From: a candidate division WWE3 bacterium RIFOXYB1_FULL_43_24
GTDB taxonomy: Bacteria > Patescibacteriota > WWE3 > UBA101185 > UBA10185
Direction: 5' to 3'
Assembly (NCBI GenBank): GCA_001773135.1
Contig: MEVX01000003.1
Location: forward strand, 172 to 64,171
DNA length: 64,000 nucleotides
Of this stretch, positions 28,180 through 37,652 are shown one piece after another; positions within the stretch are counted from its first letter, which is position 1; each line of letters begins with the position of its first letter. The translations under genes and the position numbers were made by a program. The notes beneath the pieces were generated by a model, which saw only the letters and a program-made list of their open reading frames with translations, ran no database searches and had not been told where the DNA came from.

Positions 28180-28437
28180 CTATTTGTTCTCAGGGTACAA
28201 AACGTTACCTTCAAGATCTTCAACAATTATTGCTGTTGTCGGGCAGCTTTTAGCGCCTTTTATGATTTCTTCCGCTTCATTCCACGTGCCTTCTTTCGCG
28301 TAAACGATTCCATTGGGGTCAAGATCAAAAGTTTCGGGCGCATGTATTACACAGGTCGCCGCACTTATACATTTTTCATTTATAACTTTTATAATTACCT
28401 TTGAGTTTGGATTCCTATAAGTAGAGATCTCTTCCAT
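28180..28437 (-). CDS. Single-cluster [3Fe-4S]/[4Fe-4S] ferredoxin
   Basis: 85 aa. It carries CISAATC...CP (CxxAxxC...CP), which is typical of small single-cluster ferredoxins. It lies immediately upstream of the radical SAM gene. Confidence 0.6.
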   Translation of the reverse strand: MEEISTYRNPNSKVIIKVINEKCISAATCVIHAPETFDLDPNGIVYAKEGTWNEAEEIIKGAKSCPTTAIIVEDLEGNVLYPENK

Positions 28438-28439
28438 TT

Positions 28440-29453
28440 TTATCCTCCTAAATAATTTCCTGTTGCTTTATCGATGCCCCTTAATTTTAACTTGGGTTTT
28501 TTGATTATACCAACTATAAAATTAAATCCATAAACTACGTGGGTCAAAAATATTCCTGCGGGAACGTAAAAAAGTGTTTTTAAATTTCTGTCTTTTAAAA
28601 AAACGCGCAGCCCTTCAATCAATAACATCGCTGTGTATATTAATAAACCGGCCAGATAAAATTTCCATAATTGCGGAACTAGTAAAGACACAAAAGGACC
28701 GGACACCAAACCGGTCAGAAACACCGATGGGGCAAAATATGAAGGAAGTCTGGAGGTCTCGGGAAATATCCTGGCAAACTGCCCCCTGTGGCGTCCGTAC
28801 CTGGATATTTGCTTTAGGTGCGGGATAAAAAGGTTCCTCCTGTGGTGGTACACGACCGGTTTAGAGTCATATTTAAACTTACGACCGTAGGTTTTTACAA
28901 GTTCCAGACAGAGCTTAGTGTCCTCTCCGGGCCAAAATTCGATTGGAAACCCCCCTGCTCTCTCGAAAGCTTCTTTTCTCACAAACAAATTGACGGTGGG
29001 GTAGTCAGATATTTCCATACTTTTTCCGGGTTTATGTCTGTATACTGTTCCGGCGCTTGCCATGTATGACTCCAGTACTCTGCCCGACATTTTTTCCAAA
29101 AATTGGGCGTCTTTCGGTGTCATAGCCGGACCTCCTAATGCGTACACCCCGCTATCTGCAAAAATTTCAACTGCCCTATCCAGCCAATCTTTCTCGGGGT
29201 AGGCGTCATCGTCCAAAAAGGCTAATATATCTCCCAATGCTTTTACTGCCCCGACATTCCTTTTTTCTCCCGGACCTATCGGTCCTGAAGCGACTAAAAC
29301 AAACCTTTGATCCTGAAAATCATACTTCTCTTCTTCATCCGTAATTATTATTACTTCAAAATTTTTGTAAGAAAGTTCTTTCAGATGGGAAATGTTCTCT
29401 TGCAAGAACACATTTATTTTTCTGACTGGGATAATAATACTGAACTTATTCAT
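28440..29453 (-). CDS. Glycosyltransferase family 2
   Basis: Translation carries FSIIIPVRKINVFLQENISHLKELSYKNFEVIIITDEEE with a DDD motif. The C-terminus is TM-rich. Confidence 0.65.
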   Translation of the reverse strand: MNKFSIIIPVRKINVFLQENISHLKELSYKNFEVIIITDEEEKYDFQDQRFVLVASGPIGPGEKRNVGAVKALGDILAFLDDDAYPEKDWLDRAVEIFADSGVYALGGPAMTPKDAQFLEKMSGRVLESYMASAGTVYRHKPGKSMEISDYPTVNLFVRKEAFERAGGFPIEFWPGEDTKLCLELVKTYGRKFKYDSKPVVYHHRRNLFIPHLKQISRYGRHRGQFARIFPETSRLPSYFAPSVFLTGLVSGPFVSLLVPQLWKFYLAGLLIYTAMLLIEGLRVFLKDRNLKTLFYVPAGIFLTHVVYGFNFIVGIIKKPKLKLRGIDKATGNYLGG

Positions 29454-30279
29454 CTTTTAACTCTCCGGTGTTTACTCTCATTTCCAGTTCTTTGTCGTAT
29501 ACCCACTTACGGTTGCTATGATCATCGTAATATTTTAGAATTTTTAATCTATAAAAAACCGCGGCCGTGTCCGCGAGCATATTTCTGATGTGTTTGTCGA
29601 AGACAAAAAATGGCGAAAAAGTTGAAGCTGAAAAATCAATCGTGACATAGACCGGTGCTTCGTATATTTTGTCAAAGCCCAGGTGATTAGCCACAGCTAA
29701 AAGCTCTATATCAAAGGCAAACTTCTTTATCGCCAATCTGGATAGTACCTTTTCCAGAACTTCCCTCTTCATAACTTTCAGGCCTGTTTGTGTATCCTTT
29801 AGCTTTAAACCGAAAAGAAGCCGCACCATCGTGTGATAACCCCAGCTATATACTCTCCTAACGGCAGGATAATTAACTTTTGAAACCGGGTGTTTCTTAC
29901 TCCCCACAATAATATCGGCCCCGTACCACTCCATATGTTCCAACAACATTGAGATCCCGTTCGGGTTTATATCCATTCCCGCGTCTATAAAACAAACATA
30001 ATCTCCCGACGCCCTTGCCATTCCATATCTTATTGCGTAGCCCTTACCTTTATTAGTTTCGTAACCGAAAACTTTCAGTTTTTTATTCTGTAAAGATTTG
30101 GCAATGTCGTATGTTTTATCTAGTAAGCCGTCGACAACAACAATTATTTCAAAATCCCATCTGGTCTGAAGCATCGTGTTCAGGATATTTTCAAGATCTT
30201 GTTTGATAGTTTTTTCTTGTTTATAGGCAGGGACAATTATCGAAACTAGTTTTTCAGATTTCTTTTGCTCTTTTTCCAT
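29446..30279 (-). CDS. Glycosyltransferase family 2
   Basis: Translation carries VSIIVPAYKQEKTIKQDLENILNTMLQTRWDFEIIVVVDG and FIDAGMD (DxD). Confidence 0.7.
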   Translation of the reverse strand: MEKEQKKSEKLVSIIVPAYKQEKTIKQDLENILNTMLQTRWDFEIIVVVDGLLDKTYDIAKSLQNKKLKVFGYETNKGKGYAIRYGMARASGDYVCFIDAGMDINPNGISMLLEHMEWYGADIIVGSKKHPVSKVNYPAVRRVYSWGYHTMVRLLFGLKLKDTQTGLKVMKREVLEKVLSRLAIKKFAFDIELLAVANHLGFDKIYEAPVYVTIDFSASTFSPFFVFDKHIRNMLADTAAVFYRLKILKYYDDHSNRKWVYDKELEMRVNTGELKDE

Positions 30280-31531
30280 TGTTACCTACTATAAAGAATA
30301 TTGTAAGAAGTACTAGGCTGATTATACCAGCATATATGTCAGCTCTGATTATATCGTACAACGTCGCGTGGTTTGTAGTTATAAGCACGTACTGTACAAC
30401 TAAGCCGGGGAATAGCAGCAAGAACACCGAGGTTCTACTGACGGCCAAAAAGAAGAGTACAAGAAAGTTTATGATTATGTACAACCCTATAAATAAGGCA
30501 AAAGCAGGCAAGTATTCTACGGAGTTCATAAACCTTTCTCCGAAGAACAACCTGGTAAGGAAGCCCGGGAAAACAGAAAAAGCTACCAATCCTCCGGCAA
30601 CCAGCACTAACTGCAGTGATAAAAATTTGAAAAACGCCCGGCCATAATTTAAACCCCGTGCTGCCAAAGAAGATATTGTAGGGAACATTACCGTAGAAAC
30701 TGCTCCTGCACCGAACAAAAATATTTTTCCCAAAGTAACGGTGCCCGCATAATAACCTGCCATCTCAGGTTCAAAATATTTTTTAACTAAAATAAGGTCT
30801 ATATTATTTAAAAACATTAATCCGAAATTCACGAACATTACAGGCAAACTAAACGCGACCAATCTTTTATAGTCTTGCATCAGACTAATGTTTTCAAATA
30901 CAGTAAGGTTTCTCCGTAAAATAAAAAATGCGCTAACCAATGCTGCCACACCTCCGACAAACATTCCCCCGAAAGCACCCGCTAATTTAAACCCCAACAG
31001 TACGGCAAGAACCGAAAACGTAAAACGGTACGCACTCGACATTACGTTAAAAAACGCGAAAGCACGGTATCTTAGCAAACCCTGAAAGTACGCGGACGGT
31101 ATCACCCCGGCAAAGGCTAATCCCATAGAAATACCATAAACACTAATAATCCCAATATCATAAATCTTTAACTGTTCTGAGATACTAAATCTTAGTAAAA
31201 AGATAGCGAGTGAGATTCCGATCCCGAGCACCAGTGATATAACTAGTAACTTCCAATATAAAGCTGTAAGTTTTTTTGAATCCTGCCTCGAAGAAAGTTC
31301 AGAAACATATTTTATAAGGGATACACTAAAAACCCCGGCAGGGACACCGACTAAATATGACAAAGAAATTAGAGCGTTAAAAGTTCCGAAGTCCGCGACC
31401 GAAAGTATTCTTCCGAAAATAAACTGCAGTAAATAGGAAAAAATTGATGCCAGAACACTTCCGGCTCCTATGTATACCGTACCCATCAAATATTTATTAG
31501 TCTTAACTTTTTGTATGAAAGCGCCGATCAT
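30254..31531 (-). CDS. MOP-superfamily flippase (Wzx-like polysaccharide biosynthesis protein)
   Basis: 425 aa and about 12 TM helices. It has the typical Wzx-like hydrophobic profile. Confidence 0.6.
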   Translation of the reverse strand: MIGAFIQKVKTNKYLMGTVYIGAGSVLASIFSYLLQFIFGRILSVADFGTFNALISLSYLVGVPAGVFSVSLIKYVSELSSRQDSKKLTALYWKLLVISLVLGIGISLAIFLLRFSISEQLKIYDIGIISVYGISMGLAFAGVIPSAYFQGLLRYRAFAFFNVMSSAYRFTFSVLAVLLGFKLAGAFGGMFVGGVAALVSAFFILRRNLTVFENISLMQDYKRLVAFSLPVMFVNFGLMFLNNIDLILVKKYFEPEMAGYYAGTVTLGKIFLFGAGAVSTVMFPTISSLAARGLNYGRAFFKFLSLQLVLVAGGLVAFSVFPGFLTRLFFGERFMNSVEYLPAFALFIGLYIIINFLVLFFLAVSRTSVFLLLFPGLVVQYVLITTNHATLYDIIRADIYAGIISLVLLTIFFIVGNNGKRAKEI

Positions 31532-33120
31532 AATGAAGTTCTCTCGTAGACCTTATACACTTCAACACCTCTAAGATAAATGCTATCTATATACTTCAAA
31601 CCAAATCTTTTCTCTTCCGTAGAAATATCATCCCAAACAGGATAGACAAAATACTTCGTCTTTACCGCAAAAGGTGTCAGATCCTCAATAACTGCATATC
31701 CCCCTATTACGCGGAAAAACGGGTGAATCTGGGTGTAATATTTTTCCTGAAAAGCTACGGTTAGTGCGTCCTGCGGGTCAGCCCCGTTTAAAACTTTTTC
31801 CAGAGACGTGTCACCGTAAATAGGCTCAGTTCCGTCTTCAATCATTTTCTTTTCAAAAAAGTTAATCACTTCTCTTTCCCCGATCAACCACTTAGGTTCC
31901 AAAATATTAATTCCTTTTTTAAGGCCGCCGAACATCGGGTTGTAATACGACAAGTAATCGGGGTGAAGATAAAACGCCGGTACCGCCGCCACAGCTATCA
32001 AAGGAATGAATTTTAAGAAACTTCTCCCCTTTACTTTTTCTATCAGCCATATCCAGAAAAATGAGGTAACCATGGATAGCATCATTAAGTTCGGCAAAAT
32101 ATAACGGTCCAGTTTTTTTGTGGGGATTATTAACTGTACAAAATAAAATCCTACGAACAGCAAAGAGTAAAGTAAAAACTTGCGGTGACCTTCATTAAAT
32201 ATTTTTTTCCAAAAAAGCGCGGTTCCGATTAAACCTAAAATCAAGAGATACGAAGATCTTAGACCTAAAACAACAAAATAATAGAAAAAGCCCGGATCCT
32301 CTACCAGTTTTCCGAAGTAAAACTGAGCATGTTCTCTTTCTATTCCTATCTCCGAAACCCCGCGGTATAACGCGGCAAGAGCCTGCCCCGGAAATGCCCA
32401 CATGGCGGGCCAAACTGCCACAAATGTCGCTAAAAACACTAGCAACCATATTCCAATCTTCGGTAAGGTATTCACAATATTTTTGCGTCCCTCTATCAGC
32501 AGAATCAAACCAGCGTAAGGGAACATGAACAAAGCCGATGTCTTGGTTAAAAAAGCTAATCCTGCGAATACTGCGGAGATTATCAATCTTTTTTTCTTAC
32601 CCGACTCCAGCGTGTAATAGTAAAGCCACAAAAAAGACGCCAGCATAAATGTTGACATCAAACCTTCCAAATGAAATTCACGGGTCAGTGCAATATAAAA
32701 CGGCTCCAACGAAAGCAGCGCAAGAACCAACAAAGCTTTTCTTGCCCCGAATAATTTTTTAAGTACAAAAAGTGAGAAACCGAGTGTTACCGCTATTGTT
32801 ATTACAACAAAAAGTTTCTGCACAAAGTGGAGCTGAAAAATCATTGAGACACTATTTTCAGCCGGATAATATCCGGAGTAAAAATTGTAAGCTTTTATCG
32901 CAGCCGTCCCGAGCCACATTAAAGTAACCCCGGGATGATATTTTTGTATTGTCTTTTCCGGATCCCATGTAAAAACTCCCGTCCCGAAATCATAACTCCG
33001 TGCCTTCCATTTCCATACATCGGTATTAAACGTATCGTTTCCCAGATCCGGTAACCTGAAGATTATAAAAAGAAGGACAAAAAGTATACCGAACATATGT
33101 TTCTTTATAAATTTAAGCAT
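31528..33120 (-). CDS. Polytopic GT-C-like membrane glycosyltransferase (putative). Paralog of 34603..36177
   Basis: It shares the blocks YHPGVTLMW, LEPFYIA and KKLDRYILP with the 34603..36177 product. Confidence 0.5.
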   Translation of the reverse strand: MLKFIKKHMFGILFVLLFIIFRLPDLGNDTFNTDVWKWKARSYDFGTGVFTWDPEKTIQKYHPGVTLMWLGTAAIKAYNFYSGYYPAENSVSMIFQLHFVQKLFVVITIAVTLGFSLFVLKKLFGARKALLVLALLSLEPFYIALTREFHLEGLMSTFMLASFLWLYYYTLESGKKKRLIISAVFAGLAFLTKTSALFMFPYAGLILLIEGRKNIVNTLPKIGIWLLVFLATFVAVWPAMWAFPGQALAALYRGVSEIGIEREHAQFYFGKLVEDPGFFYYFVVLGLRSSYLLILGLIGTALFWKKIFNEGHRKFLLYSLLFVGFYFVQLIIPTKKLDRYILPNLMMLSMVTSFFWIWLIEKVKGRSFLKFIPLIAVAAVPAFYLHPDYLSYYNPMFGGLKKGINILEPKWLIGEREVINFFEKKMIEDGTEPIYGDTSLEKVLNGADPQDALTVAFQEKYYTQIHPFFRVIGGYAVIEDLTPFAVKTKYFVYPVWDDISTEEKRFGLKYIDSIYLRGVEVYKVYERTSL

Positions 33121-34646
33121 CAGCGGATCATCTCCTCGACCGTGATATACGGGCCTATTCTACCCTTATTAGACACTTCAAAAATTGCACGGCCTGAAGA
33201 AGTACCTTTATTTAATTCTATGTAATAATACCGCGTACCTTTCGGTAATTTCGCCGGATCTTTTATGGCATCGTTAAATACATACCTGGCCACGGGTTCT
33301 ACATCGGAGCTTCCGTAAACTATTCTAGTTCCCAGCGGAACTTCCTTTTCCAGGAATTTTTTCAAATCAAGACGGGTGTCGTTTCTTAAAAATCTGACCG
33401 AGTTATTAACAGATAAATAGAACGGCGGTAAAAATAATATTAGCATTATAGGAAAGTACAGAGATTTCATTCCCAAACTTGCCTTATTCATAGCCCACAC
33501 ACAGAAGTAACCGAATATTACAGAAAGGAACGGGTACGTAATAAAGTAGTATTGCGAGCGGCTTTTTTCAAAACCCGAAATATAATAAATCAAAGCAAAA
33601 GCCGGAACTATTAAAAACATCAACGAAATATCAAACCTTGAAAATGTTCCTTTTAAAAATCTAATTAGTACTAGGCCGGAAGTTAGAAACAACGCGACTA
33701 AAATTGTATAGCCCAAATCGTCCGAAATCTTGAAACTCATGTCCGTGAAAAACTTTCCCACATGGTCAGCAAAGTTCACTGATCCTACATTTGTGAACTG
33801 CCAAAAAGCCCCGGCCGCAGAGTCGGTTCTGCTAAAAGTCTTGTAGTCTAATAGTGCGTACGGGGTACCGAGTAAAAACCCTAAAAAGGCAAATATTGCG
33901 GACAAAATAAGGTTCAAAATCGTGTGAAAATAGGGAAAATCGCCCCTTGTTTCAGAAAGGCGCATTTTCACCAAAACCCAGCGTAAAAACGCCGCCAAAG
34001 GCACCGTAATGGCTCCCAGACCCCCGTTATATTTGTTCGATGCTGCTATCCCTATAAAAAACCCTGAAAGTATATAGTCTATAGGGTATCCGCGTGCGAG
34101 AATTCGCGCTGCGAAATAAACTCCCCAAGCCATAAAGAACAACATGGGCGCGTCCGGCAGCGAATAATGGGAATGCCACACGTGGAAAGGAATTAGGGTA
34201 AAAGCCAGGGCAGACAAAAGACCGACTTTGTCGCCAAACAAAACTTTACCTGTTTTGTATATCGGAATTACAGTTAAAGCCCCGAGCACTGCTGCAAAAA
34301 CGCGCGTAATAAAATAGAATACGACCGTATCGTCCCACATAAGGGGGAATATTTTTATCATAAAGTTTTGAAAATTATAATCGACTGCGAGATCCCGGAT
34401 CTTTGCAAAAACTTTGAACACAAAATAGTTAGCATATATAAAAAAGTGGGGCCAATCGAAATGACCGGGATTCGGATCAAACCTCACGTCCAGAGCAGAA
34501 CGCACAATGGTGGGTTCGTCGGGGTGAAAAATAAAAGGAAAGCCGTGATTTATTCCGGCCAATCTTAATGCAAGGGCAAGAAATATTATCAGGTATAAAA
34601 GACTACTTGTCTTCCTTGACATATATTCTCCAATACTCCAACCCAT
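33120..34646 (-). CDS. Polytopic GT-C-like membrane glycosyltransferase (putative, ArnT/PMT-like)
   Basis: It carries FHPDEPTIVRSALDV, which is an early-loop DE motif as in GT-C enzymes. It has about 12 TM helices and a C-terminal soluble domain. Confidence 0.5.
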   Translation of the reverse strand: MGWSIGEYMSRKTSSLLYLIIFLALALRLAGINHGFPFIFHPDEPTIVRSALDVRFDPNPGHFDWPHFFIYANYFVFKVFAKIRDLAVDYNFQNFMIKIFPLMWDDTVVFYFITRVFAAVLGALTVIPIYKTGKVLFGDKVGLLSALAFTLIPFHVWHSHYSLPDAPMLFFMAWGVYFAARILARGYPIDYILSGFFIGIAASNKYNGGLGAITVPLAAFLRWVLVKMRLSETRGDFPYFHTILNLILSAIFAFLGFLLGTPYALLDYKTFSRTDSAAGAFWQFTNVGSVNFADHVGKFFTDMSFKISDDLGYTILVALFLTSGLVLIRFLKGTFSRFDISLMFLIVPAFALIYYISGFEKSRSQYYFITYPFLSVIFGYFCVWAMNKASLGMKSLYFPIMLILFLPPFYLSVNNSVRFLRNDTRLDLKKFLEKEVPLGTRIVYGSSDVEPVARYVFNDAIKDPAKLPKGTRYYYIELNKGTSSGRAIFEVSNKGRIGPYITVEEMIR

Positions 34647-36177
34647 TAATGTAAAGCGACGAATCTTTTTTGAATCGGGTTCGGCTCTTCAGCACTTTCT
34701 CAGGCATTTCCTCGTTTATTCCAAGTATCAATAATTCGTAGTCGCTAACCCCGTTAATACGGATGTCTACCACTTTTGAATTTGAATAAATGGCCTTCAT
34801 GGGCTTTGTATCTATAAACCCCAGCTCAACCTCGCTACCGTACCTGTCAACTATGTAATCCTTTAGCGCGGGAACAGCGATACCGAAAGGTTTTTGGGCG
34901 ATGATTCTATTAGCGGATTCGGCCGTACCAACCACCGGGCTTGTGTATGTAAAGTAATAAGGAAAATCTACAACTGCCGGTAATATGTAAAAAAGAGTAA
35001 ACAGGAAAATTGCTATGCTTATAAAAATTTTCCTTAACCTGGCTTTTTTAATTGAAGAGTAGAAACGTACAATTCCGTGCGCTGCCAAAAGTGCTAAAAA
35101 CGGATAAAGGGGCAGCATGTACCTATCAAGTTTTTTTGACGGATAAATCATAACGGAAAAATATCCGAGATAAAATACTGCGAGATAAAGATAAGGGTTA
35201 GAATATTTGGAAGCAACGTTTTTCAGAATTGCCCGAACGGATTTTGTACATTTTATCAAACACAACATAAGGCCTATTATTAAAAACGGTGTGGTTTTAA
35301 TTAGAAGTACCAACGGATAGAATAAAATTCCTGCGTCCTGAGTAGTTTCCCCGAACAGAATTTGTTCGTGACCTTTTCTTATTCCCACTCTTTCGGATTC
35401 GGCAAAAATTTCCGTCAGGTAGTAAACGGGTCTTACCCACATTGCAGGAAAAAGCAGAAAAGTTGTTAATATAAACGAACCCAATATCGTGAAAAAATAT
35501 TTCAAAAGTCCCTTTAAATCTTTTTTATGCGCAAAATAAGCGATCGAAAAAAGTAACACAAAAAAGAGGGCGCCTATACCGATGCTTTTAGTGAGAAATG
35601 AAAGTGATAAGAACACCCCCGCCAAAACTGCCCCTTTATAGCTAAATTCCTTTAAATTTAACCAGCTTATTAGTAGGGCAATAAGCACAAAAAGTGCTAA
35701 CAGCACATCCATGTGGTATAGCCTGGAGTTGCCTATAAAGAAAGGCTCCAGCGAGAAAAGAAACACCGAAAAATAGGCTATTTTGAACCCAAAAACCCGT
35801 GTCAGGTAATATAAAAGGATAAACGTCAAAATTAACTGGGCAAATACCACCGAAACTTTTGCTACGGTGTTAAAGGCTAGGAAGTTGTGCTGGTCATAAG
35901 TGGTGATTCCTGTAATTTGTTTATAAATCTCTATCGGTACTCCGCTAATCCACATTAAAGTCACCCCGGGGTGGTAATGCTGGTAAGTACGTTCAAAATC
36001 CCTCAACTTCAAACCGACTATAAATTGTTGGGACCTGTAGTGCCAATTAACCCCATCGGGATTTACTTCATCGGGGCCGAGAAAAAGAAAACGTGTAAGA
36101 CCGAAGACTAAAATAAAAAAAATGATAGCTACATACTTATTTTTAATAAAACCGATCAAACGTTCGCGTGTTTTCAT
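34603..36177 (-). CDS. Polytopic GT-C-like membrane glycosyltransferase (putative). Paralog of 31528..33120
   Basis: It carries YQHYHPGVTLMW, LEPFFIGNSRLYHMD and KKLDRYMLP. Confidence 0.5.
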   Translation of the reverse strand: MKTRERLIGFIKNKYVAIIFFILVFGLTRFLFLGPDEVNPDGVNWHYRSQQFIVGLKLRDFERTYQHYHPGVTLMWISGVPIEIYKQITGITTYDQHNFLAFNTVAKVSVVFAQLILTFILLYYLTRVFGFKIAYFSVFLFSLEPFFIGNSRLYHMDVLLALFVLIALLISWLNLKEFSYKGAVLAGVFLSLSFLTKSIGIGALFFVLLFSIAYFAHKKDLKGLLKYFFTILGSFILTTFLLFPAMWVRPVYYLTEIFAESERVGIRKGHEQILFGETTQDAGILFYPLVLLIKTTPFLIIGLMLCLIKCTKSVRAILKNVASKYSNPYLYLAVFYLGYFSVMIYPSKKLDRYMLPLYPFLALLAAHGIVRFYSSIKKARLRKIFISIAIFLFTLFYILPAVVDFPYYFTYTSPVVGTAESANRIIAQKPFGIAVPALKDYIVDRYGSEVELGFIDTKPMKAIYSNSKVVDIRINGVSDYELLILGINEEMPEKVLKSRTRFKKDSSLYINGLEYWRIYVKEDK

Positions 36178-36178
36178 A

Positions 36179-37648
36179 TTATTTTTTCAGTGCCTTGACA
36201 AATTTTTTAACGTAACCGATTCCGCTCTGTACTTCTTTTTTAGTCAGATAGCCCGGTATGAAAAACGCCCATATTAACATTCCGAATAAAAACGGAAAGA
36301 AGATTATCTTCATGTTTAACGGCAACAAGGCGATCATGGAAATTGAAAAAGCCTGCGCAAGTATTGCAAGATGGTCGATGTTGAAATAACTAAATTTTAG
36401 TTTTTTATTGATCGCAAGACTGATATATAAAAAGGACGCCGCAGAACCGAAAGCCATTGCCCAAGCCATACCCTGAAGGGCACCGATAGTGTGGTAAGTT
36501 GCGAAAAAGAATGCTGCTGTAGCAGCTATCAATAATGTAAAACCGGCTATCATGTGCTTAACCATCTTCGCGGGAATTAAAACACTTGATTTCACAATAT
36601 TAATAAAAGAGTAGAGGATAAAAGCAAAAATCACCGGTGCAATTAAGACATACGAATCCTGATATTTATCCCCTCCCACTACCAAATTTACTATCTCAGG
36701 AGCCCAATAGGATGCAAATGCAGCTGCCGCTATAACACTTATAAAAATCTTGTCAAAGTTTTTGGTAAAAAGTCTTTTGAAATCCGCGAAATCTTTTACG
36801 TATTTTTCGGAAAGAACCGGAAGGCTTACGTCGGTAACCGCGTCAGAAATACTTAGTAATTTTTTTGCGTACAACAAAGCAAACGCAAAAATGGCGACTA
36901 CTTCAGGAGAGTTAAATAATCCAAGTACATTATTTCCGAATTTCTCCCAGTTGGTATAAATAATTTTTACAAGATAAATTCCCATACTTATAGAAAATAT
37001 TTCTTTAAACAAACGTTTAAAATCCGAGCGGCTCGGCAACTGCATACTGCCTCTCAGAGGTTTGAAAGCCATATAACCCAAAATAACGGAACTTAACGCA
37101 TTAAACATAAAAAACGCGTAGAAATAGCCATTTACTCTGTAAGTTAATACCAATGGGATAAAGATAACCACGCTTGCCGCGGCTATCGCTATTTGGTAAA
37201 GAAAAAGTTGCTTAAATCTTTTTGTACCTGATATAACCGAGTTCATAATACTTTGCACACCTTGAAACAGTAATGTCAGCGCATAAATTTTAATGGGTAA
37301 GACGAGAACCTCATTTTTATAAATATCGATGGCAACATATTTTGCCGCGAAAAAAAGTCCGATAGAGATAGGGACCGTAATGGCGTAACGTATTACGGCT
37401 GAAGTTATGAATATTTTGAATACTTCCTTGTCGTCTTCCGCCGAGGAAATTTCACGGGTGCTTGCCGAGGCAAGACCAAGGTGCTGATAAATTCCCAGCG
37501 CACCACCAATGGAAATTGCGAGCTGAATAACTCCCCACTCCCCCACGCTTAAAACGCGGATTATCACAAACGTCTGAACCAGTCCCAAAAGCATTGCCGT
37601 GGACCTCGACGCAAAACTTATTATTTGCCACTTCCCGAGTTCTTTCAT
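36179..37648 (-). CDS. MOP-superfamily flippase / polysaccharide biosynthesis protein
   Basis: 489 aa and multi-TM. It is a Wzx/MurJ-like membrane transporter. Confidence 0.55.
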   Translation of the reverse strand: MKELGKWQIISFASRSTAMLLGLVQTFVIIRVLSVGEWGVIQLAISIGGALGIYQHLGLASASTREISSAEDDKEVFKIFITSAVIRYAITVPISIGLFFAAKYVAIDIYKNEVLVLPIKIYALTLLFQGVQSIMNSVISGTKRFKQLFLYQIAIAAASVVIFIPLVLTYRVNGYFYAFFMFNALSSVILGYMAFKPLRGSMQLPSRSDFKRLFKEIFSISMGIYLVKIIYTNWEKFGNNVLGLFNSPEVVAIFAFALLYAKKLLSISDAVTDVSLPVLSEKYVKDFADFKRLFTKNFDKIFISVIAAAAFASYWAPEIVNLVVGGDKYQDSYVLIAPVIFAFILYSFINIVKSSVLIPAKMVKHMIAGFTLLIAATAAFFFATYHTIGALQGMAWAMAFGSAASFLYISLAINKKLKFSYFNIDHLAILAQAFSISMIALLPLNMKIIFFPFLFGMLIWAFFIPGYLTKKEVQSGIGYVKKFVKALKK

Positions 37649-37652
37649 AGTT

